A stretch of DNA of 64,000 nucleotides from the human T2T-CHM13v2.0 reference genome, Homo sapiens. The stretch lies in the NCBI RefSeq assembly GCF_009914755.1, contig NC_060933.1; one strand, written 5' to 3'. Positions 29,640 through 43,800 of this stretch are shown here, piece after piece (position 1 is the first letter of the stretch; every line of letters starts with the position of its first letter). Both the position numbers and the translations under genes were made by a program. The notes beneath the pieces are model-generated. The model searched no databases, had not been told where the DNA came from, and saw nothing but the letters and a program-made list of their open reading frames with translations.

Positions 29640-30011
29640 TTGGGCATATATCATTTTATTGTGGTTCACTTTATTGTGTTCCACAGATACTGCCTTTTTC
29701 TTTTAAAATACAAATTGAAGGTTTGTGGCAATCCTGCATTGAGCAAGTCTATTGGTGCCATTGCCATTTTTCAACAGCATGTGCTCACTTTTGTCTCTGT
29801 GTCAGCACTGTCTAGCAATAAAGTATTTTAAAAGCAAGTATGTACATCTTTTTAGACATAATGTATAATTGATAGATTATAATATCAATATAGTGTAAGT
29901 ATAATTTTTATATGCTCTGGGAAATAAAATTTGCGTGACTTATTTTATTGTGGTATTCACTTTATTGGGATGGTCTGTAACTAAACCCACAGTATCTGTG
30001 AGGTATGCCTG
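29640..30011 (+). mobile_element. Internally deleted Tigger1 (both ends joined), inserted in an L2
   Basis: Left end '...tacaaattgaaggtttgtggcaatcctgcattgagcaagtctattgg' and right end 'tatctgtgaggtatgcctg|ta'. Confidence 0.8.
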
Positions 30012-30292
30012 TATATTAAATGCCCACTCTGTGCCAGGCACTGTCATAGGCAAACTATTATTAAAGGAAGAATCCAGGTTAGAAGAACTCTGTGTAGAAG
30101 ATGACTTGAGTCCAATGTCAGGAATTGTTACTCTTATGGGTTGTCTACCTAGGTGATTTTTAGTTATCTACTTGGATTCCCACCCGGGATTTGGTGACTT
30201 CTGTGTATGGTTAAACATCTTCAGTGGTACATGAGGACCACAGTTATGAACTACCAGATTATTCCCTCATTCCTTGGTTTGTATTTATTACA

Positions 30293-30602
30293 TTTCTTTT
30301 TTTTTTTTTTTTTTTTTTTGAGGCAGGGTCTTACAATGTCACTCAGGCTGGAATGCAGTGGCACAATCATGGCTCACTGCAGTCTTGACCTCCCAGGCTC
30401 AAGCAATCCTCCCACTTCAGCCTCCTGAGAAATTGGAACCACAGGGAGATGCTACCATGCCTGGTTATTTTTAAAAATTATTTGTGGAGATGAGGTCTCT
30501 CTATGTTGCCCAGGCTGGTCTTGAACTCCTTGGCTCAAGCCATCATTGTGCCTTGGCCTCTCAAAGTGCTGGTATTACAGGTATGAGCCACCATGCCTGG
30601 TC
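30293..30602 (-). mobile_element. AluJ
   Basis: T tail plus Alu body, flanked by atttcttt repeats. Confidence 0.9.
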
Positions 30603-30874
30603 TAATTTCTTTAAAAAAGTGCCTTCAGACAAAAGGCCCTATCTTTAAAATTTCAGCCAAATCCAACATCAGCACAATACAAGACAACTTTAATAACACA
30701 GAACAGTGTTTAGATTAATCTAAGAAACACAGATCTCCTACTTGCAGCTTCACTGAAAATCCCCATGTATTTAATTTCAATTAGGAATTCTATTACAAAG
30801 CCTCTCTACCACCCTCTGGGGCTGTACTGAGAAACAGAATTGAAGATCCAGACCAGGAGTTTGGGAAGGATACA

Positions 30875-31093
30875 CAGGTCCTCCTCAGTTTCCAGTGGGA
30901 TTATGTCCTGATAAATCCATCATAAATTGAAAATATCATCAGTTGAAAGTACATTTTTGACTTAATAATATTTTCAGCCTCTGATGGGTTTAGTCTCATC
31001 TTAAGTCGAGAAGCCTACCAAATGACTATCCCTTTTGCACCATAGTAAAGTAAAAAAATTGTAAGTCAAACCAGGGTAAATTGGGGACCATCT
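30875..31093. mobile_element. MER47-like TcMar-Tigger MITE
   Basis: 'gtcctgataaatccatcataaattgaaaatatc' and terminus 'aattggggaccatctg|ta'. Confidence 0.65.
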
Positions 31094-32139
31094 GTATATC
31101 TTTCTTCTCATAATGATAGTAAGGAGTAAAGTTGCCATCAATTGAGTACTTGCTAAATGCCATATGTAAATTGTGATGTCACCAATTCTCAAATCAACTT
31201 TCTAGGTTTGGAGAGGAAAAGAAGAAAGCCATTCTAGAAGCCAGATAGGTTTGCTTGTTTGTCTTTCTGTATGTAGATTTGTTTGATACTTACCCAGAGC
31301 TCTAGTGAAGTAACGTTGTGTTTGGACAAACAATAGGCAAAATATGTCAAGATTATGTAACTAGATGCAGTTATGGTTCCACTGGTCTAAAATCACAAAA
31401 GCTGAATTTCCTTTTTCTCAGCCATTTGGTGGTGTTGCTTGATTTATTTTTAAACTATAAGATCAAGAAGAGAATCCCAAAGATTGTTAGGTTCACTATC
31501 AAACCCCAAATGCCTGATGAAAACTAGAATACCTAGAGTCAACAATATCTGGAAATAGGAATCCAAACCAAGAGTTAATGTAGCTCTCACAAGTAGTACT
31601 TGGGGAGTATATTAAGATTTTGTGCATGCTCAAGTCCTTGTGTTTGTGGGCTAGCGATTAGAAATATTCTTATTTATTTGTTCAAAGTATCAGCAAGATG
31701 GTCCTTAGAGTTTATTGCTAATACCAAGGCAGCTGCAAAAAAAGTCACATCAAGATGAAACTGCTGATGATTATTGAAATAAGTATTATGTGTGTAATAT
31801 ATCTCATCTCCACAGACAAATATGAGTGTGTGGCTTAAATAATTGTAAGACTTTCTAACTTTTTTGACTTGAGGAAAAGAAAAATTAAGAATCAAGTGAG
31901 CATTGTCACAGAGGAGGGACAGGCACAGATAAAACACAGAGACAAAGAGAACTTTCTAGCTTTGATTTCCAAATACCTGAGTTTTTAGAAATAGGTACAG
32001 AATTCTACATAGTTTGAGAAGAGAGGGTACCTTTTATTCATCTTTCAAACCTAGACTAGAAAAGGTTTCCTTAAAAGGAGTACTTAGGGTATGTAGAAGA
32101 AATTGAAGGAAAATGAAACAGTAGATATTTTGAGAACAA

Positions 32140-32536
32140 AGAGAATAAGCTTGTATTTTGCTCCCAACTCAGAGTCCTGAGTTGAGCCAATCAGTGGATT
32201 CCATCTTCTTGGCCACTTGGTTCTGGAGTGAATCTCATGACTCCTGCCAGTAATTCTGGAACAAGTGCTCATTCTCTCACTGCAGTGAACCATTTTATTA
32301 ATATTGGGGAAGCTAGCTTCAACACAAAGCTGACCTGAGGAGAAGAGCAGAACGAAGACAAGGCCACAGAATTACTGGCATCCTGAAATGACATCAGGAA
32401 CTGCCATGTTAAATTGTATATGAAGCCAACTCTATCTTTTAAATTTTCATCTACATAATAAGTCACCTTCATTATTAATTAAGTCAATTTGTTAGGTATT
32501 CTTTTACACGAAGTCAATAGTATCTTACCTAAGACA
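32140..32536 (+). mobile_element. Old MLT1 (J/K/L-like) LTR
   Basis: Degenerate 'cttggccacttggttc...atgaagccaac...ttaagtcaatttg...cctaagaca'. Confidence 0.45.
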
Positions 32537-34809
32537 ACTACTATTTTTCATTTACCTCCTGTGCTTGTCAAAAGCCTTAGGCATAAACTCATTTAATTTA
32601 TATACCATCCTGGGAAGTAAACATAATGATCTCCATTTGACAAATTAGAAAGCTGAGGCTCAGAATTGTTGCTCAAGGTAGCAGAACAGATGGATTTGTG
32701 GTGGACTTGCTTCTATCAAAACCCCAAAGCCTGGACTTTTTCTGTTTATGTCATACTATATTTCAATTGTGGGGTCCCAGGTCACTTTTTAAAAATGTTT
32801 TTATTAAACATTTATAAAAACAGATATTTTTATTAAAGTTCTGTGTTCCATGTGTCTCATGCCTTTTGCTGGCTTCTGTCTGGAAGTATTTCCATCCACT
32901 GATGTTATTTGAGAAATAGGCCACACATATACAATGCTCATTTTTTCCTACTGAATAACTTCAGGGAATTCAGGAAACAGAAATCAAGGATAAAATAGAG
33001 TATTAGAATCTATTTTAAAACAGCCTCATGAATTCAAGGAGCAGAACTGAATGTACTACATTTAAGGTGGCACCATTAAGTAGCAGAAAATGTGGGGCTT
33101 TGGAATTAGATGTACATGGGTGAAAATTCCAGCTTTGGGACATCTGTGTTTGCAGGGTGGTATATTGGATGTGGTTAATAGATATGCTATGAAAATTTCA
33201 CTGAAAATCCAAAAGAATATGAAAATATAATAAAATTAACAATGGTACTGACAAAGAAAAGAATGTAGTTCAAAGTCTGGCCCAAATTTTCACTAACTGC
33301 ATCATTGAGGGGGAAGAATTAAGAAGCACTTTCCTAGATGATGTACCATGTGCTCCACCTAATCTAGTCCCTCGGAAGGTGATGAAAAACTCTAACCAAT
33401 CCCTTCCCTTTATACCCAACTCAGGATAATGAAGGGTCACACAACTAGAAAAATCCAGGGTCATTTTGCAAGTTATGCACACACTGCTCCCCTCTGAGCC
33501 AGACTGATCTGGAATCCTTTCTCCCAGACTCTGTGACAGTGCCCCAGCCCATCAACCCTCCAATGGCAGTTCTCTTTCTCCAGTCCATGAGGTAAATACA
33601 ATGTCAAAGACACACACTGCAGGAGGAAGAGAGGCTCAGAAAAAACTGCATTGTATGGTATACTATGAAAGAAATGTCCTGTATTATGGGATATTTAGTC
33701 AGAGAAAAAATGAAAACAGGTAGAGACATGTGGAACACAGATAGTAGTTAATAGATAGGGATGAAAGAAATGATCAGATTGAGGAAGGGAAGATCCAACC
33801 TTAGCTCATTAGTCCATCTGCTAGGAATCACAAATGAAGCTGTTTGTGCAGAAGCTGGGTTGTGCAGAAAACCCCAGACTCCTTATGTGAAGGAAAGTGG
33901 CAACATCAGAATGGGGTGTAAGGAGGAGTGACAATCCACCCAAGCTTACACAGGACAAACAGTGGAGTTGGATTGAAAGATGTGTAAGCAGGAAAAAAAA
34001 TCCCAAAACCAACAAAACCAAAAAGCAAATCGTAGGATGCAATTAAAAAAATACTGACTAGGGAAGGATACTCAATAAATGTGGTAAGTGTGGGGAGATA
34101 ACATTTTGAGATACTAACATTTTTTTTTTCGTATGTGTACTTCACTTTTTCATCAACCTCCTACCCCTACCCCATTCAATGATTTGGGCAGTTCTATGCT
34201 CCTTGCTCAAGGCAGGGGACAGGATAGGATAAAAGATAGAAACAAAGGAGTCTTATTGACTTTGTCTCCAAAAAACCTAGGCCCTTAGGTGACTGGAGAG
34301 AAGCTTAGGCACAGCCAAAATGTTTGGGATGGAAGAGAAAGAGGTTGATCTTGCTAACTCCCAGGTAGAAGAAGGTGGATGGATTGGTCCAGGAAGATGG
34401 ATCCTGTATCTTGCTTTCTGGGGAAAGCCTGGAATTCAGAGAGGAAACAGGTGTGATAAGTTTAGAAAGAATGGGTCTTAGCCAGTTTGGTGGAGATTTT
34501 GATGTCTCAGTATGACACAGAAAGGTTAGAATATATTATGTGTCCATAAAACAAAAGGAAGAAGAAGAGAAATACATCCAACTTGAAGGGGGCAGGCAGA
34601 GAGAAGCTGGTGATATTTCTTTTAGTGGTGATCTCTGCAGATTGATAACAGAGAACCAAAAGGGGTCACAGCATTCTCAGAGGAAAACTGAATAGAAACA
34701 TGATATTGAACATCAGATGGGAATCCAACCCTTTATATCAAAATGGCGTAGCACTGGATAAATCACCCAGATTTTAAACACACTCTTGGGCAAGGGGAGG
34801 GAACCCTAA

Positions 34810-35159
34810 ATTTTTATTTTATAGACTTAGAGGGTACAAGTGCCATTTTATTACATAGCTATATGTGTAGTGATGAAGTCTGGGATTTTAGTGTAACCAT
34901 CACCTGAATAATATACATTTTACTCATTAAGTAATTTTTCATTCCTCACCCCCTCCCACCTTTCCACACTTCTGAGTATTTTACATGTATTATTTCATAT
35001 GTTCACATATACAAATTATTTAGCTCCCACTTATAAGTGAGAACATGTGGCATTTAACTTTGTTTCTGAGTTGTTTCACTTAAGATAATGGCCTCCAGTT
35101 CCATCCATGTTGCTTCAAAAGACATGAGTTCATTCTTTTTTATGGCTGCATAGTATTCC

Positions 35160-35196
<37 letters not shown>

Positions 35197-37026
35197 AAAG
35201 AAAATGTGTGTATATGTATATATATATAGTGGTGTGTATATATATATATATACACACACACATATACACACATTTTCTTTATACAATCATCTGTTGATGG
35301 ACACTTAGGTTGATTCCATATCTTTGCTATCATGAATAGTGCTGTGATAGACGTATGGGTGCAAGTATTTTTTGATATGATGATTTCTTTTCCTTTGGGT
35401 ATATACCCAAGAGTGGGATTATTGCTGGATGGAATGGTAGATCTACTTTTATTCCTTTAAGAAATCTCCATACTGTGTTTCCATAGAGGCTGTACTAATT
35501 TACATGCCCACTAGCAGTGTGTAAGCATTCCCTTTTCTCTGCACCCTCACCAACATCTGTTATTTTTTCATGTTTTTCATAATAGCCATTCTGACTACTA
35601 TAAGATGGTATCTCATTGTGGTTCTAACCTGCATTTCTCTAAGGATTACTGATGCTGAGCATTTTTTTATGTTTGTTGGCCTTTTGTATGTCTTCTTTTG
35701 CAAAATATCTGTTTATGTCCTTTGCCCACTTTTTAATGGGGTTATTTTGTTGTGGTTGTTGAGTTGTTTGCATTCCTTATAGATTCCAGATGTTAGTCAT
35801 TTTTCAAATGTATAGTTTGCAAATATTTTCTCCCATTCTTCAGGGTGTCTGTTCACTCTTTTGATTATTTCTTTTGTTGCATAGAAGGTTTTTAGTTTAA
35901 GTAAATCCCATTTGTCTATTTTTGTATTTGTTGCATTTGATTTTAGCAATGAATTATTTGCCATTGTTCAGGAGAGTTTTTCCTAGATTTTGTTCTAGTA
36001 TTTTTATAGTGTTAGGTCTATAAGTCTTTAATCTATCTTGGTTAATTTTTGTATATGGTTAGAGATAGGAGTCCAGTTTCATTCTTCAACATACGGCTAG
36101 CCAATTTTCCCAGCACTATTTATTGAACAGGGTACCCTTTTCCCAGGTATGTTTTTGTCAACTTTGTAAAAAGATCAGTTGGCTATAGTTATGTGGCTTT
36201 ATTTCTGTGCTCTCTATTCTACTCCATTGATCTAGGTGTCTATTTTTGTACTAGTACCAGCTGTTTTGGTTACCTTACCCTTGCAGTATAATTTGAAGTC
36301 AGGTAATGTGATGCCTCCAGATTTGTTCTTTTTGCTTAGGATTGCTTTGGCTATTTGGGCTCTTTTTTGGTTCCATATGAATTTACTTTTTTTTAATTCC
36401 TGAAAAATGATATTGGTATTTTGCTGGGATTGCATCGAATCTGTATATTGTTTCGGGCAGTACGGTCATTTAACTATATTGATTCTTATGATCTGTAAGC
36501 ATGGGATGCTTTTTCATTTGTTTGCGTCATCTACAATTTCTTTCATCAGTGTTTTGTAGTTTTCCTTATAGAGATTTTTAACCCCCTTGGTTAAGTATAT
36601 TCCTAGGTATTTTTTTTGGTAGCTATTGTAAATGAGATTGAGTTCTTCATTTGGTTTTCAGCTTGAACTTTATTGATTATATAAATGCTACTGACTTTTG
36701 TACAACAATTTTGTATCTTCAGACTTTACTGAATTCATTTATCAAATCTAGGAGTCTTTTAGAGGTGTCCCTAGGGTTTTCTAGGTATATCATTAGCAAA
36801 CAGAGGTAATTTGGTTGGCTTCCTCCTTTCCGATTTGGATGCCTTTTATTTCTTTCTCTTGCCTGATTGCTCTGGCTAGGACTTCCAGTACTATGTTGAA
36901 TAGGAGCAGTGAAAATGGGCATCCTTGTCTTGTTCCAGGTCTTAGGAGGAATGCTTTCAGCTTTCCCCCATTCAGTATAATGTTGGCTGTGGGTTTGTCA
37001 TATATGGATTTTATTATTTTGAGGTA
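34810..37026 (-). mobile_element. L1PB4/L1MA1-like L1 with a (TG)n/(TA)n microsatellite at 35162-35270
   Basis: L1 3'UTR and ORF2 ([16 protein letters not shown] in ORF 36232-36435). Approximate TSD gaaccc(t/c)aaa. Confidence 0.88.
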
Positions 37027-37954
37027 TAGAACCCCAAAATATGTGAGATTAAGTTTATCCTATCTTGGTGGAATGGAAATTCAAAGTATATTTTAGGTCA
37101 AGTTGTTAATATTATTATAATGGTCTACTTATTTGCACATCTGAGATTAATATTAACTACATTGGCTATAATAATTATTCTCACATCAACACCTGAGTCC
37201 CTCTTTTTCATAATAGAGGTCAATCTTTTAAAATAAATAAAAATAAATTGTATTGATAATTTTACGCCACTTTTTAAGGTAGCTGGAGAGTAGCTACCTT
37301 AAAACATAGGTTATAATTTGCTATTATAAAGACTTCAAACTTATTCCCATAGACTTAATTCAGGTGGTTCAACAGTTTAGTAACAAGACCTAAGAGCCAG
37401 GAAAAAAATGTAAGTGCAAACTTTACTTCATTCATTTCTCTTTCCTGTGAGTCAAGTATATCCAATGGTGCAAAACCAGAATTCTTCTTAATGAAATACA
37501 CATGCATACTAGTTACCTGACCTTGGGCTAAACGAGACCAATAGAAATATCATTTATATAACTCAGAACTATCTCTAAAAGCAGTCAGCTTTTAGATTAC
37601 AGAGGGCATTGGAGAGAAGCTGCTTATAGGTCCATAGAACGCTTTGATTTTAGTCATTTCTCTCTTGAGATTATGAAAGCCAGCAAGCCTGTGAAAGCTC
37701 ACTCTGGTGTCTCTTCTATTTAACTTGCAGGTAAGTTTTTCATCTAACCTTGTGAAATAAATAATTCAAATGATGATGCGTGAAATTTTATCAGCGTCTT
37801 CCAAAAATAAGACAGAGGAATTTATTTGCTGCCACAATTTCCAGATGACAGAAAAAAAAGAAAAAAACTTTCTGATTTTTATTCCATTGTGCTAAAAGCT
37901 TCAGAAGAGCTGTGTATTGGTATTTTAACTGGTTTATATAAAATATCACCTTGT

Positions 37955-38206
37955 GACAAAAAACCAAACACTGCATGTTCTCACTCATAGGTGGGAATTG
38001 AACAATGAGAACACATGGATACAGGAAGGGGAACATCACACACCGGGGCCTGTTGTGGGGTGAGGGGAGGGGGGTGGGATAGCATTAGGAGAGATACCCA
38101 ATGTTAAATGATGAGTTAATGGGTGCAGCACACAAACATGGCACATATATACATATGTAACAAACCTGCACGTTTTGCATATATACCCTAAAACTTAAAG
38201 TATAAT

Positions 38207-38251
<45 letters not shown>

Positions 38252-38341
38252 GTTGGTGGCAATGTAAATTAGTTCAGGCACCATGGTAAGCAGTTTGAAG
38301 ATTTCTCAAAGAACTAAAAAATAAAAAATAAATAAAATAAA
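37955..38341 (+). mobile_element. L1PA 3' end + (AC)n + transduced segment + A-rich tail
   Basis: L1 3'UTR to 38208, (AC)~20 at 38209-38249, extra segment 38250-~38315. Perfect 17-bp TSD ataaaatatcaccttgt at 37938-37954 and 38342-38358. Confidence 0.9.
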
Positions 38342-38622
38342 ATAAAATATCACCTTGTAAATTCTGGATAGCTAGTCTCACCCTATTAATACCTTCCTTT
38401 ATAAATCTTTACATATATTTCACTGGAAAATATTTTAGTTAAATGCATTTTTAATTCTGTAATGCTAAGTGCTTCTTATGCACAAGCACTCTGTCTTGTG
38501 CTTTCTTTGTAGCAATAACTAAAACAGTCTTTTTCCTCAAGGAGCTCTAGGCCCAGTGGGAAAACAAATGAGTATACAGATAATTACAATTCCATGATAT
38601 AAGTATTGTGATGAAGACTTGT

Positions 38623-38987
38623 TGTATTAGTCTGTTCTCACATGGATAATAAAGACATACACGAGACTGGGTAATTTATAAGGAAAAAGAGGTTTAATGG
38701 ACTCACAGTTCCACATGGCTGGGGAGGCATCACAATCATGGTGGAAGATGAAGGAAGAGCAAAGGGACTTCTTACATGCCAGTGGGCAAGAGAGGACTTG
38801 TGCAGGGAAACTCCCTTTATAAAACCATCAGCTCTCATGAGAGTTATTCACTATCAGGAGAACAGCACTGAAAGACCTGCCCTTGTGATCCAATTACCTC
38901 CCACCTGGTCCCTCCCACAACACATGGGAATTGTGGAAGCTGCAATTCAAGATGAGATTTCGGTGAGGACACAGCCAAACCATATCA
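38623..38987 (-). mobile_element. THE1B-like solo LTR
   Basis: tgtattagtctgttctcac...gacacagccaaaccatatca. TSD cttgt/cttgg. Confidence 0.9.
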
Positions 38988-39854
38988 CTTGGTATCTACA
39001 CACATCAAGTATGAAATGGTTAAACAGGAAAATCTCAGACCATTACTGATGGTGAGGATGAGACATGGGAGATAGGCCACAGGAGGAGTCATGCTTAGCA
39101 CCCTGTGGCACCCATTTGTAGCTCTGAGGTCCTATCAGAGAGTTACTCTTTTGTCTAAAGGGTGGCAATTTCCTGCCCTCTCCCATCCCAATAGTGAGGG
39201 TATAGACGTGCCCAGTTGTGAGGGTATAGATGAGTACCCTTTAGGGTACAGTCTTTCTAGGGGCAGAATTCAGGACCCTGAAGGCCCAGCTCAGGAGAAG
39301 ACAGGCAGAGTCACAGACTAAAAGGAGGCAGGCAGAGTGAGAGGTGCCATTACCAGAATCAGACTAAGTTACTACAAATTTATACAGAGCAGGGGAACCT
39401 ACTGGGAACTTACCTTGTGCTTTGTTTCCACTGCTGTGGTCCTATCAGCAAGAATTGAAAGGCATGTGGATTCCCCCCTTGAGAGTTTAATGAAGGCATA
39501 GTGTGCCTAAAGCCCTGGCTTTCATTTCTTCCAGAAAAGGCAAAAAACCTTCTGTTAATCTTGGATCCTGAGACATCAAGATATTTCTAATGAGAATCAG
39601 GGGCTCTTGTGGGGAAACGAGAGGTAAGAACAAATTCCTGGTGTGTCAGATCAGTGGTACCATCTGGCCACCAGGAACAACATCAGGTAACAATAGGCTG
39701 AGAGGCACAACTCCTCACGCCCAGCTCAGGGTCCCACACGTGTCTTTTCAGACTTCTTAAACCCCCAGAGAGAAGAGAGGGAGAGATGGGGGAGAGAGTC
39801 CCTAGGTGAGTTCCCATCAATCTTGACTGGTAGCACTCTGAGTTGGGTCTCAAT

Positions 39855-40058
39855 TGAGGGTTCTCAGTCTTGACACTATTGATATTTTGGGTCATATAAT
39901 TTTTTACTGTGGGGGTTGTTCTGTGTACTGCAGGATGGTTAGCTGCATCTTTAGCCTCTACCTGTGAGATGCCAATAGCACCCTAGCCCCTCAGTGTGAC
40001 AAAGTGGTCTCCTGACATGGCCAAATGTTTTCTGGGGTTCCCCAGTTGAGAACCATTG
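39855..40058 (+). mobile_element. MER20 hAT MITE
   Basis: 'cactattgatattttggg...gatgccaatagcaccc...cccagttgagaaccattg'. Confidence 0.85.
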
Positions 40059-40580
40059 TTCTAAAACAAATATGAGAAAATGACAAGACATTATCTGAAC
40101 CTGAGTCTTGTGGAACAGGCCAGATCCATTACACCTGGGTAATGAGTATGTACTTCAGGCATTTTGTAGACTTATTGGCACAAACAAACTTCTTGAGCAG
40201 TGATAGAAGGTGGAAGATAACACTAAGGGCTCCCAAACAAGAATAGGCATCCCATGTAGGCAGGGTAAGATTCACGGATAAGAATCAACAACACTTATAC
40301 AGTGAAAGAAGGTGAACCCAGCTAGGACAGAGCTATAGCTTTGAGCCACACCTGGTGACCTCTTACCAGGTCCCTACTGAGGAAGAGCTGGACATTTATA
40401 TCAGCTCCCAAATGAATACTCTTTATAATTTTTGTGTATAACTTTGTGATCCAGGCATCAAAAAATCATTTTTACCTGTAAGTTACCCATAAACCATGTG
40501 TGTAGAGTTTTCGTTCCAGAATACCTGGAATTATTAAGAAAACCTTTTGTTGTCCTAATAGAATCCATGACCAAAGGATG

Positions 40581-40873
40581 GGCCAGGTGTGGTGGCTCAG
40601 CCTGTAATCCCAGCACTTTGGGAGGCCAAGGTGGTCGGATCACCTGAGATCGAGAGTTTGAGACCAGCCTGACCAACATGGAGAAACCCCATCTCTACTA
40701 AAAATACAAAATTAGCTGGGCATGGTGGTGCATGCCTGTAAACCCAGCAACTGGGGAGGCTGAGGTGGGAGAATCGCTTGAACCCGGGACACAGAGTATG
40801 CGGTGAGCCGAGATGGTGCACCATTGCACTCCAGCCTGGGCAACAACTGTGAAACTCTGTCTGAAAAAAAAAA
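40581..40873 (+). mobile_element. AluSp-like
   Basis: Diagnostic 'gcctgaccaacatggagaaacccc'. Confidence 0.9.
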
Positions 40874-43800
40874 GAGTACTTTGACTACTGTTTTGAATCG
40901 TGGGTGAGCTCTAATTGAATATCAGAGTAAAATGTCTTGTGCTTGGGCTTCCTGGAGCAAAACCAGGTAAGCAGTAACTCTCCTCTTAGAGTATGTTGCT
41001 TCTACCTTGCTTTTCTCTGAGTTAGGAAGCAAGGAAAAGGATTCCTCACATCTGTCCCCTTATCCAGACACTTTTCTGGTTTCCCTTTTGTGACTATTTC
41101 CCTGTTTCACACTGCCCTTGGCATTTATTAGAGAATCTCAATGGATCCCAAAGAGAGTGGGATCCACAGGGTTACTGGGGCATCCTGTTCTGAGCTGCAG
41201 CATCCAGTTCTCTCATGGTATTCTTACCAAGATCCATTCTCCCAAGCCCATCTATTTTCATTCAGGATTTGCAGTTCTCTATCTCCACTGTCATTTCTTC
41301 CTTCTGAGTTATTATCACTGAATTTTAGTATGGGATTAAACTTTAGAAACTATTCAGTCCACTCTCTTTCACCCCTACCACATATGTGTAACTGAGTATC
41401 AGAGAGGGTAAGTGACTTACCTAAAAATACCTAGCTTAGAAGAGAATATAGGACACAAAAGAGGACTGAGGATGAAACATCTGCAACACCAACATTTCAA
41501 AGATAAGAAGGCAAGACAAGTTGAGAAGGAGAGTCAGATGTGCTCAAGGAAAACCAGGCTCAAGAAGTGATGGAGAAGCCACAGGAAGAGAGAGGGTCAG
41601 GAAGAAGGGAACAGCTAAGAATCTAGTGCTGTTAGAGGGGAAAGCATCCCTTGAACAGGATTTCAGGACCCTGATGTCCTGTGGGGGGAAAGGCAACCTG
41701 CAGGAGTTAAAGAGGGGCAGAAGGAAACTCAGGATTTTGATGATGAAGAAGCTTTAACTTGGAAACAAGGAAGGATTTCCTTCTCCCCTTTCCTGTCAGA
41801 GAATGCTACTGAATACCTGGAGAATTCAGTGAGATTTCCAGCAGTGTAGACAGCAGGACAAGCTGACCAGTGATGCTGTGAAAAGCTATCCTTAATTGCA
41901 AAGCTTCCCTTGGAACTTTAGAATTTCTATGGGGTAAAAGAGGGAACTGGGGAGGACAGAGGGGCAAAACAGAAAGAATTGAATTGATTAATTCTATGCC
42001 TTCTCTTTTGGTGGAGCAGAATGGACTATCAGCTCTGTTAGGGAAATATGTGCTTTTGTAATGGAGTTTAAAATTGTTTTTCTCAAATTTCTGCATCTTT
42101 TATCTAAGTAATTGATGAAACAGACTACCTGCTAGTTACATGCTGCAGGGTTATTTTTCTGCCTGGAGGTGTTTTTATTCTCTTGAGAGAAGGATGCTAT
42201 TTCTGTAAATCTCAAACATTACATGCATCAGAGAACTCAAGGAAAAAGCTTTTATTCTCTTGAGACAAACACAAATAGCTCCAGTTTCTTCTACCTTTTG
42301 TTTAAAGCCACCTCATAAAGTGCTATCACAAACAAGCTCCCCAAATGAATTGTTTAGTGCTACAGTTTATTGGTATGCAAATAAACATGCACATATTGCA
42401 TTTATATTCCATATCTAGTTATACTATGCTCTCTAAGAGTGACAGATTTTAGAAGACTGATAGATTTTATTCAATGGATAATAATAAATACAGGCAAATA
42501 AGAAACTCATATGTTAAAAGGTAAATAAATGATTAATAGAAAAATTGTAAAATTTTCTGCCAAGAGATTGAAGTCTAGATTTTTGATAACAGAATGTTAA
42601 TTTCCTACTCACTCTTATTTTCTCCTTTTAAATCAGATGATAGTTTCCCAAATTCAAGTTATAAAGCCATAACACAACTTGCATTTTTTTTTGGTATGCT
42701 AAATGGTAAACTTCACATTGCCAGAGTGGTATCTTTGATAATTTTCTTTTGGGAGAGAATCTCAACCATAGCATGTAACCTGCATACTACATTCTCTTAC
42801 ACAAGGGACTTATGTCACTCAATTATATTTTAATACTTTTTATTAATTCTACCTCCCAAATGAACTTTATTTTTTCCATCATATTTTCTACTTAGTATTC
42901 CTTTTGAAACTTCTTCAGCTGAAAGTTAGGATTCCATAAATAGCCCCATAGTGGCAGAGGTGGCTGTTGGGCTGGTTGGGGAGTGAGCCTGGAAGAGGTT
43001 ATAGGCCTATATGACCCAAATTGATCATACAACTTCAAAACGAAGAAGCTATTTTAATTTTGCACATTGTCTTACATATTCAGAATTGAACCTCATATGG
43101 TTTGAGAAAATGTACTTTTAATTCCAGACGTTGTCTTATTTTCCCTGCTGCATCTACACTCCCTAGCAGAGTATCTGGCAGACAGTAGGCATTTGCTAAC
43201 TATTTCTTGATTAAATAGATGAAGGATAATTCTGCAGCCTTGAAGAAACAAACATATCCAAAGAAACAAACATATTTGATTTAGTCTAGGTCTGATTTTG
43301 TCAGTTTTGTCCAAATTCCAAAGCAAAGCATTCCGTTATTTGGTCAGATAAAAATAGGAACAGCACAAGGCATTGAAAGCTAGTAGTTGTAATGTGGATG
43401 TGTGCAAGATTTGGCAGCAATATCTGTCACTGTGTTGATGAGCAGGGTGGATCCAGCTGATGTCTAGAATACAGGGTACCAAAGTGAGTCATGTTATTCT
43501 TCCTGAGGATTACAAAAGTCGGTTATAAGCAACAGTTTAAGGTAAGTAGATTGGGAACAAATTGTGGCGTGCTCTGATAACCACATTGAAGAGTTTGGAC
43601 AATAACCTATGCATTAGGAGACTGTGAAAGTGAAGTGGTATTTTCCTCTGTGTGTCAGTAGGACATCTCCAATAGCACTGTGCTATGTGCATTGAAGACT
43701 AGGAGCCTTTTGACCACTAATTTTTGAACCTATTTCAATTTCTAAATTTCTGGTATTATCTCCTCTGCCATAGGAGGGAACTAAGGCAGAGTTTAATGTT

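Noticed and set aside
39192-39240. Short direct repeats (gtgagggtataga twice; similar cases at ~43242 and ~46812)
   Set aside because: Ordinary replication-slippage duplications.
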